From positions 1 through 64,000 of IMG/VR virus record IMGVR_UViG_3300032770_000007: 64,000 nt of DNA, one strand, 5' to 3'. The DNA is from a virus. Shown here one piece after another: positions 29,080 to 39,476 of the stretch; the stretch's first letter is position 1; each line of letters begins with the position of its first letter. The position numbers and the translations under genes were made by a program. A model generated the notes under the pieces. That model ran no database searches, was not told the DNA's origin, and saw only the letters and a list, made by a program, of their open reading frames with translations.

Positions 29080-29382
29080 TTACTTCAGAGGAATTTCGAT
29101 CCCAGCTCTAGCATTGAATACTTCATGCCGACCATCCAATGGCTCCAGGGTCACTTCCTCACCAAGTTCAATGTAGAGTTTTGAACCTGGTCTTTTGGCT
29201 TCCCACTTTGCTAGAACACCCATTCCACTATAGCCATAGTTTGTGGGATGATCTGTGAATGGTTCATGCTGTGTCAGATGGGATGTGTGCTCACCTTCAA
29301 TCTTCAGATAATCTGGTGCGAGCACACATCCACTGAGCGCCAAAAAAGGAACTATAAGTAAAGTCTTAGTCAATGATCTCAT
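29080..29382 (-). CDS. Putative lipoprotein
   Basis: LALSGC lipobox. Confidence 0.55.
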   Translation of the reverse strand: MRSLTKTLLIVPFLALSGCVLAPDYLKIEGEHTSHLTQHEPFTDHPTNYGYSGMGVLAKWEAKRPGSKLYIELGEEVTLEPLDGRHEVFNARAGIEIPLK

Positions 29383-29585
29383 CCTTGCTCATAGTCATGT
29401 TTCTCATCCAGACAGCGGAGATCAACAAGATACACATTGGTTGCTGCCTCAACCACCACTGCAAAACCATCCACCTTCTCATAATATGAGAGAGCAGTGA
29501 CAGCCTCTGAGAGCGCTTTCACCACTTCATCATAAGTCGGCTTTTTGTGTAACTTTGCCATCGTCATTTCCTATCTAGTAGGGCC

Positions 29586-29614
29586 ATTATACTCGGTACT
29601 ATTACAGAAGTAAA
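29586..29614 (-). promoter_or_regulatory. Early promoter TTTACT-N17-TATAAT
   Basis: Matches copies at 29023, 38994, 48000, 53479. Confidence 0.8.
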
Positions 29615-29634
29615 GGACTATATTAGATGAATAT

Positions 29635-31008
29635 TCAATGACTTGCGGAGGCTCTGGCCTTTATTTCCTCAAAAGTCTGATTGATGAGTAGTTCTCCATT
29701 CAGATAAACAGTTTTCAAGGCTGAATTACCTACACAACCAGCAGGCAAAGTGTAGTATTTTCCATTGTCTTCTATCAAAGTAAACCGTCCCTTTTTGCTC
29801 TTCTTGTAAGGATCCTCAACTGGATCTTTATAGACATCATGCCATTCACCATTTATTCTAATAGCTGAACATTTCATAGCAAACTTCTGCGTATCCCTAT
29901 TCAATTGCTGGAGTAATGCTCCTCCCATTCCAAAGGAAACATTTTCTGTAGAATAGTTATCCAATGCTAGTCTGCCCAAAATCTGTTCAATAGAATCTTT
30001 ATTGACTCCATCACCCTGAATAATCCTAACATTATTCAGAACCTTGAAACCCTTTGAATTGATAGTTGAACCAAACTTCTTATCTAACAAAGCAGCAACA
30101 CGACAAACTACATCAGGAGGATTGCCAGAATCTGGTCTAATGACCACAATGGCACCACTATCAACAACTTTTTGCTTTAGTTGTTCTCCCCAAATGAATT
30201 CTACAGCATTGTAAATATCATAACTATCAGATACCACAGCAACCAAAGCACCTGGTCTGGCATATTTCTCCAACATATTGGCATAGGCTTTGGCCTCATT
30301 ATCTCTACCCCAGGAAGTAATAGTAGAATGTTCTGCTGCTGGAATAGAGAAACCAGGCATTTCAGAACTTCTATAATACTCAGCAACAGCCAAACAGGCT
30401 GGAATATTATCTGTTCCCTGAAAGTTAATCAAATGAGCCATGCCGCCCAACTCACAACTTTCTAGACTTGCTACTCCTCTAGAGCCAAAATCATTCAGTT
30501 TGAAATCAACATTCTCATTATCATCAGTCCTTTTTAGATATTTGAGAATAATCTTCTTGATTTCAGCGCTGATTGTTGCCACTGTGGTAGGATACCAGAT
30601 AGCTCTTAAAATAGAAGTTTCTATATATGAGGTTAGCCAATAACAATTTGGATCTGTGTTCTCTACTGTTACCAAGACATTCTTTGTAGGAATAACTGTT
30701 CCTTCAAGAACAGCATCAATCTTGAGAGGCAATTTGCCTCCATGATGATCTATGATGTACAACCAACCTTCTTCATTGAAAGGAACTCCATGGCGCTTAC
30801 AAAAGTATTTGGCTTCACTAACATCATCTCTAGTAATCCTCTTGACCAAATATTCCTTCAAATATGCCTGTAATCCAAAGAAAACAGTATTCGCATATTC
30901 ACCACCACGAGACTCGATATAAGAATAAACTATTTCTGTCCCTGGTGGATATTGAAGATAATGGGAAGCCTTATAACTATCAACATTCAAAATGATATTA
31001 CGTTTCAT
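29635..31008 (-). CDS. nadV: Nicotinamide phosphoribosyltransferase
   Basis: DSYKASH..QYP, YIESRGG, WYPTTVAT, DFGSRG, SIPAAEHST, VSDSYD, RPDSG, IQGDG, FGMGGALLQ. Confidence 0.95.
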   Translation of the reverse strand: MKRNIILNVDSYKASHYLQYPPGTEIVYSYIESRGGEYANTVFFGLQAYLKEYLVKRITRDDVSEAKYFCKRHGVPFNEEGWLYIIDHHGGKLPLKIDAVLEGTVIPTKNVLVTVENTDPNCYWLTSYIETSILRAIWYPTTVATISAEIKKIILKYLKRTDDNENVDFKLNDFGSRGVASLESCELGGMAHLINFQGTDNIPACLAVAEYYRSSEMPGFSIPAAEHSTITSWGRDNEAKAYANMLEKYARPGALVAVVSDSYDIYNAVEFIWGEQLKQKVVDSGAIVVIRPDSGNPPDVVCRVAALLDKKFGSTINSKGFKVLNNVRIIQGDGVNKDSIEQILGRLALDNYSTENVSFGMGGALLQQLNRDTQKFAMKCSAIRINGEWHDVYKDPVEDPYKKSKKGRFTLIEDNGKYYTLPAGCVGNSALKTVYLNGELLINQTFEEIKARASASH

Positions 31009-31010
31009 GG

Positions 31011-32087
31011 CTAACTCCTATTGATCATATACATGCCAATAGAATGATGATCTTCAAATAACTGTTCACTCATATTATAAAAGTCTGAAATAGGTACCCA
31101 TTTGGCAACTTCAGCATCATCAGATCCCTTGATATAAGGTAAATGTCCTGGACTCATTAGAAGAAACAAACCAGCATGAGTGATAGTACGACCACGTAAT
31201 GATCTACCAGGAGCATCAAAAACATGGGTACTCTTGAGACAAGATTCTAAAACTTCTTCTGAAGCAAGTTGAGTTTCTTCAACCAACTCTCGAATCATTG
31301 AATGTTCTATTGTCTCATTCTGTCCTAAGAAACCACCAGGTAGAGCCCAAAGACCTTTGCCTGGGTGAGAACGTCTTTTGACTAAGAGAATATGCCCATC
31401 ACAAATAACAACAGCATCTGTTGTCACAAAAATGGGAGGATATTTCAATGAAGCGAACTGTGATTTATAGTCATTCAGAAACTTCCATTCCTCACATAAT
31501 GACTTATAGATATCTGAAAATCTGTCTTTCCAGTCATTGATATACTGATTGACCAAAGGAGGAACCAGGTCATCAATAGAAGCTTGGCTATAAAACAGCT
31601 GCTGTCTTACTTCTGTTCCAGAGGTAAAATGAGCCTGCTTGATTTCATGGAAGTCATACTGTGGGAACATATTCAGATAATATGAACTTTCATCTTTATA
31701 ATGACCCACAATCACCACTCTGGCTTCTTGCTTAGTTTTAATGAATGGCCAGAGCTCTTTATTTATGGCCTGTTGAACTTCTGCTACCCAGCGCTGATCA
31801 TTGTACAGATCATCCACAATAGGAGCATAATGAAATACCTTATCCAAAGGAGTTACTGCTCGTTCAATCATAGCAACTCTTTCATCATATGAAAAAGGAT
31901 TTTTAATATCTCGAGCAATCCAAGAAGAACCAACTAAAATCAAACGATGTTTGGCTATCTTGCCTGCTGCTGTAAATAGTTTCATATGTCCTAAATGGAC
32001 AGGCTGAAACCGACCAATCACCACAGCAAGGTCTGCTTGTGGCAACTCAATAGTCTTATCTGACCAAGATTTTGATTTAGATTTCAT
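31011..32087 (-). CDS. nadM: Bifunctional NMN adenylyltransferase / Nudix hydrolase
   Basis: GRFQPVHLGH, NPF...ER, Nudix box PGGF...E.......REL.EET. Confidence 0.93.
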   Translation of the reverse strand: MKSKSKSWSDKTIELPQADLAVVIGRFQPVHLGHMKLFTAAGKIAKHRLILVGSSWIARDIKNPFSYDERVAMIERAVTPLDKVFHYAPIVDDLYNDQRWVAEVQQAINKELWPFIKTKQEARVVIVGHYKDESSYYLNMFPQYDFHEIKQAHFTSGTEVRQQLFYSQASIDDLVPPLVNQYINDWKDRFSDIYKSLCEEWKFLNDYKSQFASLKYPPIFVTTDAVVICDGHILLVKRRSHPGKGLWALPGGFLGQNETIEHSMIRELVEETQLASEEVLESCLKSTHVFDAPGRSLRGRTITHAGLFLLMSPGHLPYIKGSDDAEVAKWVPISDFYNMSEQLFEDHHSIGMYMINRS

Positions 32088-32390
32088 AGAGGTCTATCCT
32101 CCTAAGTTTTCAAGAACAAACAGTCTATCTGTTTCTGGCATTATTTAGTTTGGACGTTTTTTAGAATAATCCCATTCCCACACTTCATCATCACGTACAC
32201 TACTTGAATAAACATTATTACCACGACGATATATCTTTTCTAACCAACGCCAATCACCATATCCTAAATGAACAGGATACCAAGTAAAATATATGTGCCA
32301 TGTCTGAAGATAGATTCTACGGTTAGACTCTCTTTGAGCCGCAAACAATCTTCTTCTATCAGGATCACCAAATAGCCAACCTAGTTTCAT

Positions 32391-32531
32391 TTATTGCCAC
32401 CCATTAATACACCACATAACAAAAATGACTAGAAAAAGTGCAATAGCAAAAGCCTGAATGAAACCCAACAAATTCATAAAAAAATGATTAGTGGGTGTTT
32501 CTTGTTCAGGTTGTTTACCAAAGTAAATCAT
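32391..32531 (-). CDS. 46-aa membrane peptide whose SD and ATG lie within the RNase P P1 helix
   Basis: GGGAG-N5-ATG; MIYFGKQPEQETPTNHFFMNLLGFIQAFAIALFLVIFVMWCINGWQ. Confidence 0.5.
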   Translation of the reverse strand: MIYFGKQPEQETPTNHFFMNLLGFIQAFAIALFLVIFVMWCINGWQ

Positions 32532-32771
32532 TATTGCTCCCATTACCCGCGATTCTGGTCTATGCTATCATTTGTCTCAGTTATTTCTAACTGGCTTTTC
32601 AGCTGCCCCAACCCGTAATCTCGCCGAGTAAGGTCATCAATCACTGTTTGGGTTGCTGCCTCGGATGTTGTGGTCACTGACTTTCATCTCCCACAGAGCA
32701 TTTACCGTTACTCTAAGCAGTCGCGAAGTTCCTCGATGAATATTCACCGCGATAGCTCGGAGCAATAATGA
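32528..32771 (-). ncRNA. rnpB: Minimal RNase P RNA (catalytic domain, reduced S-domain)
   Basis: 13-bp P1; GAGGAA-CTTCGCGA pairs with AGAA-TCGCGGGT (P4, bulged U); P2 GCTATC/GATAGC; P5 CTGC/GCAG-CAA; L15 GGT; P18 GAAA hairpin; J18/2 AGACAAAT. Confidence 0.85.
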
Positions 32772-32774
32772 ATT

Positions 32775-33008
32775 TTAGTGTAACCTCCAATAACTCATTC
32801 CATAATGGTTTTCCATGCGGCCATACATTGAATGGCCATGATACCAATATGTGCCATAATAAGGACCAGGAACCCATACGCCATTATACCAATAGCCATC
32901 CATGCCCATGATAACTCCTGGTGGAAATACAACCTCTGATCTAACCATGGGTGGAGCAACCACACAACCAGATAAAATCAGAACCAATAAACCAAGCAAC
33001 AGTCTCAT
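32775..33008 (-). CDS. Small lipoprotein with YXWGXW-like repeats
   Basis: LSGC lipobox; GYWYNGVWVPG. Confidence 0.55.
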   Translation of the reverse strand: MRLLLGLLVLILSGCVVAPPMVRSEVVFPPGVIMGMDGYWYNGVWVPGPYYGTYWYHGHSMYGRMENHYGMSYWRLH

Positions 33009-33311
33009 TTGAGCTCCTTAATGTTCATATCTAACATTTCCTTCAAATACTTCATAGCCAAGTCCAAATATCTATGTTGTTCTCTTGTCAGCATTATATT
33101 TGAGGCATCAATTTGTTCAATATAGTTTTGTACATTGCGCAACCTGTCTCTAAACTGTCCAGAATCTTTTATGAGTTCTTCTGCCCAGGCCTGAACTTTT
33201 TTCTTAAAATCATTTTCCATAATGTCTCCTGGTGCCAGTACACAGACTTGCACTGTGATTTCTTGCTTACGAAACAAGTGTTCTGCTACTTGAACCATAC
33301 TGGCCAATATT

Positions 33312-33396
33312 TGGTGCTCGTGACAGGATTTGAACCTGCAAGACCGAAGTCAGTGGTTTTTAAGACCACCATGTATACCCATTCCACCACACGAGC
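33312..33396 (-). tRNA. tRNA-Leu(TAA)
   Basis: Cloverleaf with long V-arm, loop CT-TAA-AA, encoded CCA. Confidence 0.9.
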
Positions 33397-33400
33397 ATTG

Positions 33401-33991
33401 TTAATCTAGCTTAATCTTACCATCCACAAACAATCTTGAAGTTTTTGGAATCTTTGACTCCAAAAAGTCCATTTGATCTGCTAAAATATTTCTATTCTTC
33501 AAAACATACTTTTCAGCCAAAGTTGGAACATAAGGAACATACAGCAGCATCATACCTGCTTCTTCAGGAGTTCTATCAGCCTTTTTGTGATTGCATCCCT
33601 TACAAGCAGTGACTGTATTCATCCAAATATTTTTACCACCTCTTGAACGAGGAAGTACATGGTCAATAGTAAGTTTGTGATTATGAAACTTATTCCCACA
33701 AAAGGCGCAAAGATATCTATCACGCGCATAAAGAATGTCCCTTTCAGTGTAGGCAGTTGTCTTTGACAACCACTTTTCACCAACCAATGGACCAGTAACA
33801 CCAATCACTGGATTGATGTTGATGCGTGAGATTTCTCCATCCTTATTCTTACCACCAGTAAATGTCTTAACAGTATCTCCTACTGTCCAGACCACCTTGT
33901 CTCTGGCATAGTAACAACAGGCCACTTCGAATCCCTGCCATTCGCGAGGATTACCCGCCGCATCAGTTATCAATATTTGTACCGGCAACAC
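33401..33991 (-). CDS. HNH endonuclease (McrA-like)
   Basis: RDRYLCAFCG, TIDHVLPRSRGG...W.N.V.AC..CN..K. Confidence 0.85.
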   Translation of the reverse strand: MLPVQILITDAAGNPREWQGFEVACCYYARDKVVWTVGDTVKTFTGGKNKDGEISRININPVIGVTGPLVGEKWLSKTTAYTERDILYARDRYLCAFCGNKFHNHKLTIDHVLPRSRGGKNIWMNTVTACKGCNHKKADRTPEEAGMMLLYVPYVPTLAEKYVLKNRNILADQMDFLESKIPKTSRLFVDGKIKLD

Positions 33992-34556
33992 TTTCTTTTC
34001 TCCTTTTCCAAATCTCTTTCATCATTTTGCTTTTGTTTATACGATACTCTTCTGATCTAATACAACCTTTAGCATTCTGATTTCCTAACTTAGTCAAAGA
34101 TAACTTTGCTCTAACCTCTAATCTTTTATTAGGACTATCTTCTCCCCTCAAAATGGGTAATCTATTTCCCCAACCTTCTTCAATAGCCTTTGTTCTTATA
34201 TAGGCTTTATGAGTTTCAGTATGCTTTCTTCCTCTATTCCTTTCACCAACTTTACGTTTCATTATCTCGGTACGTTTTTTGCCTTTATTTCCTTTGCTTA
34301 TCTTCTTTTTACTTTCTTCTGTATGTTTAATCAATTTTCTGGCTTCTTCTAACTGCCTCAAAATAACTTCTTCGTGCCCAATCATGCCAGCTAAACCTTT
34401 CCAAGCTATTTCATCTTGCCATCTTCCATATTTTTCAAATAACACCTTATGAGCATCAGCATGATCTTTTACAGACACTTCTATTAAATTAGAAGTGTCA
34501 TCTGATCCTCCCATATGTTTCGGAACAATATGATGTTTATGTTTGACAGTATTCAT
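33963..34556 (-). CDS. HNH homing endonuclease with NUMOD3 repeats
   Basis: HKHHIVPKHMGGSDD.SNL, H..AH; HTEESKKKIS; late promoter at 34561. Confidence 0.8.
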   Translation of the reverse strand: MNTVKHKHHIVPKHMGGSDDTSNLIEVSVKDHADAHKVLFEKYGRWQDEIAWKGLAGMIGHEEVILRQLEEARKLIKHTEESKKKISKGNKGKKRTEIMKRKVGERNRGRKHTETHKAYIRTKAIEEGWGNRLPILRGEDSPNKRLEVRAKLSLTKLGNQNAKGCIRSEEYRINKSKMMKEIWKRRKESVAGTNIDN

Positions 34557-34632
34557 AGTTTATTTAGCACAAAACCATTATAAACTGAATATCTGTAAGA
34601 GTATTATCTAAATGAGTATGTGGCTGATCTCA

Positions 34633-34902
34633 TTAGATAAAACCCAAGATATTGTTATCTTCAATCATGATTTCATCTGATGCTAAACCTGGCATGCCTG
34701 GATGCAAAGCACCATTCTTCAAATAGGTCACCTTGACACCTTTGGCGAAGTTATGAAATACTTTATCTTCTCTCTTACCTGCTGTAGGACCAACCTCTAC
34801 AACCTCTCCAACTCCATAAACAGGATGCTCACTAATCAATACACGACCTGGAGCCTTCTGTTCAACCACTCTCAAAATCACTCTATTATATGTAGGAAAC
34901 AT
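34633..34902 (-). CDS. GroES-like co-chaperonin
   Basis: P.YNRVILR, GEVVEVGP, G.KV.Y, MIEDNNILG. Confidence 0.65.
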   Translation of the reverse strand: MFPTYNRVILRVVEQKAPGRVLISEHPVYGVGEVVEVGPTAGKREDKVFHNFAKGVKVTYLKNGALHPGMPGLASDEIMIEDNNILGFI

Positions 34903-35079
34903 AATCTAAACTCCCCTTATAAAAACCATTCTGTCTCTGTCAAAAGCTGTCTGCCCTCATTCATTGTTTTCTTGCTACGAACCCATGTCTCAAAAGATGG
35001 AGGAGTACCAGCATAGTTCATAAATGCTATACGATATTCTTCAGCATATTTCTCATATTCTTCTGTCGTCAAAACTATG

Positions 35080-35421
35080 TCAGGTTCTTGTGCTATCTTG
35101 ATTGTCATTTTCAACTCCTGCTTGATCTAAATCAAAATCTGCTAATGAAGGTATGTATTTCTTTAGTTTGGTTATCTTCTTACGGACAGCAGCATCCAAA
35201 ATCTTTTCATTCAAAATTTCTGGATATTTATTACTAATGATTATCACTGTCGCAATGACATCACCAACTTCTTGTTGAAAACTTTCTAACTTTGTTTTGC
35301 CATTGATGTAAATAGTATCCCAACCAAATTGGTCTGCTTTGAAATATGCCTGAATGACTTCAGCACATTCCTCGCAAAGTTTCTTCAACAAAAGTTTCTG
35401 TTCATCATTCATGGGATACAT
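35080..35421 (-). CDS. MazG-like nucleotide pyrophosphohydrolase
   Basis: EECAEVIQA..K...FG; QEVGDV. Confidence 0.7.
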   Translation of the reverse strand: MYPMNDEQKLLLKKLCEECAEVIQAYFKADQFGWDTIYINGKTKLESFQQEVGDVIATVIIISNKYPEILNEKILDAAVRKKITKLKKYIPSLADFDLDQAGVENDNQDSTRT

Positions 35422-36192
35422 GCTCCACCATAACTAAAAAAGGCTGCATAATTTGTGTTAATATTGGCTGTTGTATTTGCTTCTGGTTGTTTTACAAAAC
35501 CAGAATTTTTGTAATGATAATCTGTTAAAAATGTGAGCAAACAATAGTCATGATATACATTCTCACGATAAGTTACTGCAGTGGCTCGGTCATAGTATAA
35601 TGACTTTTTACAAACTGGACAACTTTTCCTAAGAACTTCAAGATTGTTCTCATAATGCCAATAAACTTCTGGCTCACTATTTGTGTTATCCATTAAGCCT
35701 CCCTATTATATTTAGCAACTAGTTTAGCTTTGGATCTCCCACACTTTCATAATAATATTTGCCTTCACATAATGCTACATAAATCTCGCCCAAATCTTCT
35801 TGAGCAGCCTTTATAACTTCATCCTTGTTAAACCCATTGGTCTGAGATAGTTCATGAAGTTGAACACCCAAAGTATTCAACAATGCCCAAACTGTGACCC
35901 CAGCATGCTGTTCTTGATCACAAACAACTTCAATCTTAGATTGAAGTTCATCAGCCTTTTCATAGAACTCCTCAGACTCAGCTTCTGATATTTCCAAATC
36001 TTCCTTACTATATGTATTCATATTACTCCTCAAATTTATCTGGACCTGTTAAGGTACTTAGCTGTTCTCTTGTAATGTACCAATGCCAATAAAGAGAACC
36101 ACACTTAGGACAACCTGGTCCATAATATTGTCCAAACTGGCCCACACCATCAAACCAGCGATGATAACATTTATAACAAATCATCATACAAG

Positions 36193-36633
36193 TCATATAA
36201 CAATCAACTTCGTTCTCTTACCTAATGATGCAGCATACTTCATAGTCCAACAACCACCTGACTTAATGTGATCTGAAGTGTGACAATGGTAGCAAGAAGA
36301 AAATCTCATGTCATTGTAACCAGGTGGATATTCTTTCACAGTTATACAAACAACCAAATCAGATGCCTTAGCAATCTGAATATTGCGTTGCTTGTAACCA
36401 CCTTCCCATCTTTCAATCTTTGGTGGAAACTCTCTGGTTGAAATACCAAGACTCTTGGCCTCTTCTATGGCCCAAATATCTATCCCTCCTCTTGGACAAG
36501 CACCAGAAACCACTTCACCCAAAGCATAACTAACCAGTTCCTCGTTACAGATTTGCCGGATTGCTGCTCTGGCCTTTGCTTCTGTTTCTGGAGTAAACTT
36601 TATGGATTCACTGCCAACAATGCCTATGATCAT
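36193..36633 (-). CDS. SLOG/YspA-like nucleotide-binding protein
   Basis: IGIVGS, VVSGA..GG.D..A, RN..IA...D, SGG..T..YA. Confidence 0.6.
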   Translation of the reverse strand: MIIGIVGSESIKFTPETEAKARAAIRQICNEELVSYALGEVVSGACPRGGIDIWAIEEAKSLGISTREFPPKIERWEGGYKQRNIQIAKASDLVVCITVKEYPPGYNDMRFSSCYHCHTSDHIKSGGCWTMKYAASLGKRTKLIVI

Positions 36634-36998
36634 AATATATCTTTCAAAACTGCAGCTACATGCTCAGCATATAGAATTTTGTTTCTAATCTTGCCTCGAG
36701 CAGCTGGATGAATAATCTTCAAATGAGGTATCTTTGCTCTGGTAAGTCTCTTTGATGCCTTTGCTCCCATGGCTACAATTGGTCCTTTGTGGTTTCTTAT
36801 TCTTGTAATGGCGCCGCGTTCAAAAGCATTATCAAATATCCTTGGTCCTCTGAAGCCAATCATTTCAAATGCATCAAATAACTGTTTGGCTGCTAGTCTG
36901 CCATTTTCCCAACGGACATTCATCCGGATAGCGGTTTTTGATCTCTTTTCGCCTACAAATAAAATAATGTTCATTCTAATATCGCAATTCGTTTCCAT
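36630..36998 (-). CDS. Uracil-DNA glycosylase-fold-like protein
   Basis: LFVGE, IVAMG..A, HPAAR motifs. Confidence 0.4.
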   Translation of the reverse strand: METNCDIRMNIILFVGEKRSKTAIRMNVRWENGRLAAKQLFDAFEMIGFRGPRIFDNAFERGAITRIRNHKGPIVAMGAKASKRLTRAKIPHLKIIHPAARGKIRNKILYAEHVAAVLKDIL

Positions 36999-37418
36999 TC
37001 ACCACAATATTCATCCAATGGTACTGGTGGATGCTCCCATTGAGTATAGGGCGATCCGCTGGCATGTGCATAAATAACAGGTATAAGCGGATAGCGATGA
37101 CATCGTTTTGGAGCATCAGGAAAATCATCTGGAAATATTAATGACTTATCTTTCCTAGCAAAATGACAGTTTCCGCAACACCTAGACATTAGAATATATC
37201 AATGATAAGAAGAGTGATCTATGAACCTCGAACATTTACTTTATCCATCATATGAACTAAAGCACGAATGGTTTCTTCTGCTGAAAGATCAGTTTGCTTA
37301 ACCTGGTTTTCAACCAAGATAGTATAGACGTCGGGTCCATGCTCTTGTTCAAAATGAGTAGGACTAGAAATCACCCTAATCTTTCGGTCTGATGTTTCGG
37401 CGACTAGCATTCTTATCC

Positions 37419-38333
37419 TTACATATCAATCTTGTCACGGAATCCCTGAAACACTGGGAACCGAGGCAAATCCTTTACACCAACTTCAAAATAGCGGTAC
37501 TTGATAAACTTGCCATTCAAAGCAGATCGATGACGCCAATATTTCTTTCTCTCATCAGCATCAAAACCAGTGCCAACATTGAACCGGACACCAGTCTTCA
37601 AATCCTCAACAATGAAAGAGCCCAGAGTACCTTTACCAACCATGCCATCCTTTTTGCTGGAACGTTCTGTGTGACCAAAAACATCCAGAGTGGCCTCATT
37701 AGTATTCTCTAACTCCTCCACTGCTCCTACAATCACTGCCTCACTATCCTTAAATCGGCGGACCTTCAGCATGAATCCCTCATTGGCTGTAGAGCGGCCG
37801 AACTTATAGGGTGAATCCAGACTACGCAGAATCAGTCCCTCATAACCAAGCTGAAGGACCTTCTCCTCATAGGCACGCAGAGCAGTATCATCATTGATCT
37901 GAACCTGCTGCAAAATCACTACACGATGTGGTAGTTCTTTACAAGTAGGATAACCAGATCGCCATTTGCCCTGAAGCAATCTCTGATTGCGCTGAACAAA
38001 GGTCTCATTTGGAAAATTTACCATGTCAAAAACATAAAACATAAAGTCTGGCTGTCCTTCAATGGACATCACCGCACTATTGGTGACACGGTAGACATCC
38101 TTAGCATTCGGTGAACCAACAATCAGTTCACCATCCAGACCTTCAAGTTCAGGATACTGAGAAAACCATAGCTCAACAAATTTGTTTGGAAACAGTTTTC
38201 CTGACCTGGAAAAGATTTGGGCGACTCCATTCACCTTTTCTACAATCCCACGGACACCATCCAGTTTGGCACTAGCCATAACTGGATATCTAATAACCTC
38301 TGGAGCCTCAACAGCAAGCATGGGCTTTTTCAT
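37419..38333 (-). CDS. ATP-dependent DNA ligase
   Basis: KPMLA, KLDGVR, LDGEL, VFD, EGLILR, GRST, VGTGF, PRFPVF. Confidence 0.93.
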   Translation of the reverse strand: MKKPMLAVEAPEVIRYPVMASAKLDGVRGIVEKVNGVAQIFSRSGKLFPNKFVELWFSQYPELEGLDGELIVGSPNAKDVYRVTNSAVMSIEGQPDFMFYVFDMVNFPNETFVQRNQRLLQGKWRSGYPTCKELPHRVVILQQVQINDDTALRAYEEKVLQLGYEGLILRSLDSPYKFGRSTANEGFMLKVRRFKDSEAVIVGAVEELENTNEATLDVFGHTERSSKKDGMVGKGTLGSFIVEDLKTGVRFNVGTGFDADERKKYWRHRSALNGKFIKYRYFEVGVKDLPRFPVFQGFRDKIDM

Positions 38334-38993
38334 GTGTAAATCACCGCGTCATCATTCTCATTAATAAAATCAATACAGGCTCGATTCAGTGCGGCCGCAA
38401 AGCGATCTGCTACTTCCTTTGAAAGGCATGAGCCTATGGTAAAGTCAGTGTTGTGAGTTTTAATCTCCCAAAACTCCTCTGGATTCACATTCGGATTAGC
38501 ATCCGCTAATACTACTCCAGGGACGGGCACTACATGAAAAGGATGCCAGTACTTAGCCATGATGAGACACCTTCGCCAAATATTGGGCAATAGTATTATG
38601 AACTACAGAAGACAAATTACCAAGTGATACATCGCTGAAACTAGGACCATAGTTATTCAAACGACCATGCTTTTCAGCCTCAACGATAGTTTGTAAAAGA
38701 GTCAACAACTCATCTCGTTCCTTACGAGCAACATCACGCTGACGTGTCAGATTTGTTATGATGTGTTGGTAATCTGAAGGAGATACAGTCTTCATATCAC
38801 CAGATCATACACACTTACGTAAAATTCACCAGGTTCGCCATTGAGATGAGTAAGCTGGCCCACTAATACAGTATCACCATCAATTTCGAGGACTTCAACA
38901 TACTCAGCAACTGACCCCAAAACGGCATTAGCCTTTAGGGTAACTATCTGACCAACCTCTAAGCTCATTATTGTCTCCTACCTAATGAAGACC

Positions 38994-39022
38994 ATTATAC
39001 TCTTACAGAGATAGGAAGTAAA
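38994..39022 (-). promoter_or_regulatory. Early promoter TTTACT-N17-TATAAT
   Basis: Near-identical over ~35 bp to the copy at 53479. Confidence 0.8.
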
Positions 39023-39050
39023 GCACTATAAATGATTGTAAATCAATATG

Positions 39051-39476
39051 TTAGGATGGATTATCTGGAAGAATGGCATCTTTTTGAATTTCTTGCCACA
39101 AATCTTCATCATTTTTGACTTCAACCTTGATGTTTTGAAGTTCTCTTTGGACCTTTTCATCAATAGCAGCCTGCTGTCCGGAACGACGGCGAAACTCCAT
39201 TTGTCTCCAGTCCTCAAACTCTTTAGTCTTAGTCATGCGCACAAAGGCCATTTGTCTGTTCTGTCTTTGAGAACGTGTGTCCTCAGCATAACCACGAGCA
39301 CCTGAAGGAGGATGCTTGCAATGCACTGCTGATGATGTTTTATTTTTCGCCTGACCACCATGGCCAGTCCCTCTTGTATAAGACCACTCACAATCTTTGG
39401 CTGTGACTGAAAACAGAAGTCTACGGGATTCAACTATATTACCTGGCTTTAAATTTTTTATGTTTATTGAGCTCAT
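39051..39476 (-). CDS. GGQ peptidyl-tRNA hydrolysis domain protein (RF-1/ArfB-like)
   Basis: RGTGHGGQAKNKTSSAVHCKH.PSG......RSQ.QNR..AF. Confidence 0.85.
   Translation of the reverse strand: MSSINIKNLKPGNIVESRRLLFSVTAKDCEWSYTRGTGHGGQAKNKTSSAVHCKHPPSGARGYAEDTRSQRQNRQMAFVRMTKTKEFEDWRQMEFRRRSGQQAAIDEKVQRELQNIKVEVKNDEDLWQEIQKDAILPDNPS

Noticed and set aside
31006-31013. nadM-nadV fusion by TAG readthrough
   Set aside because: The nadV ATG is 2 nt after the TAG and therefore out of frame.
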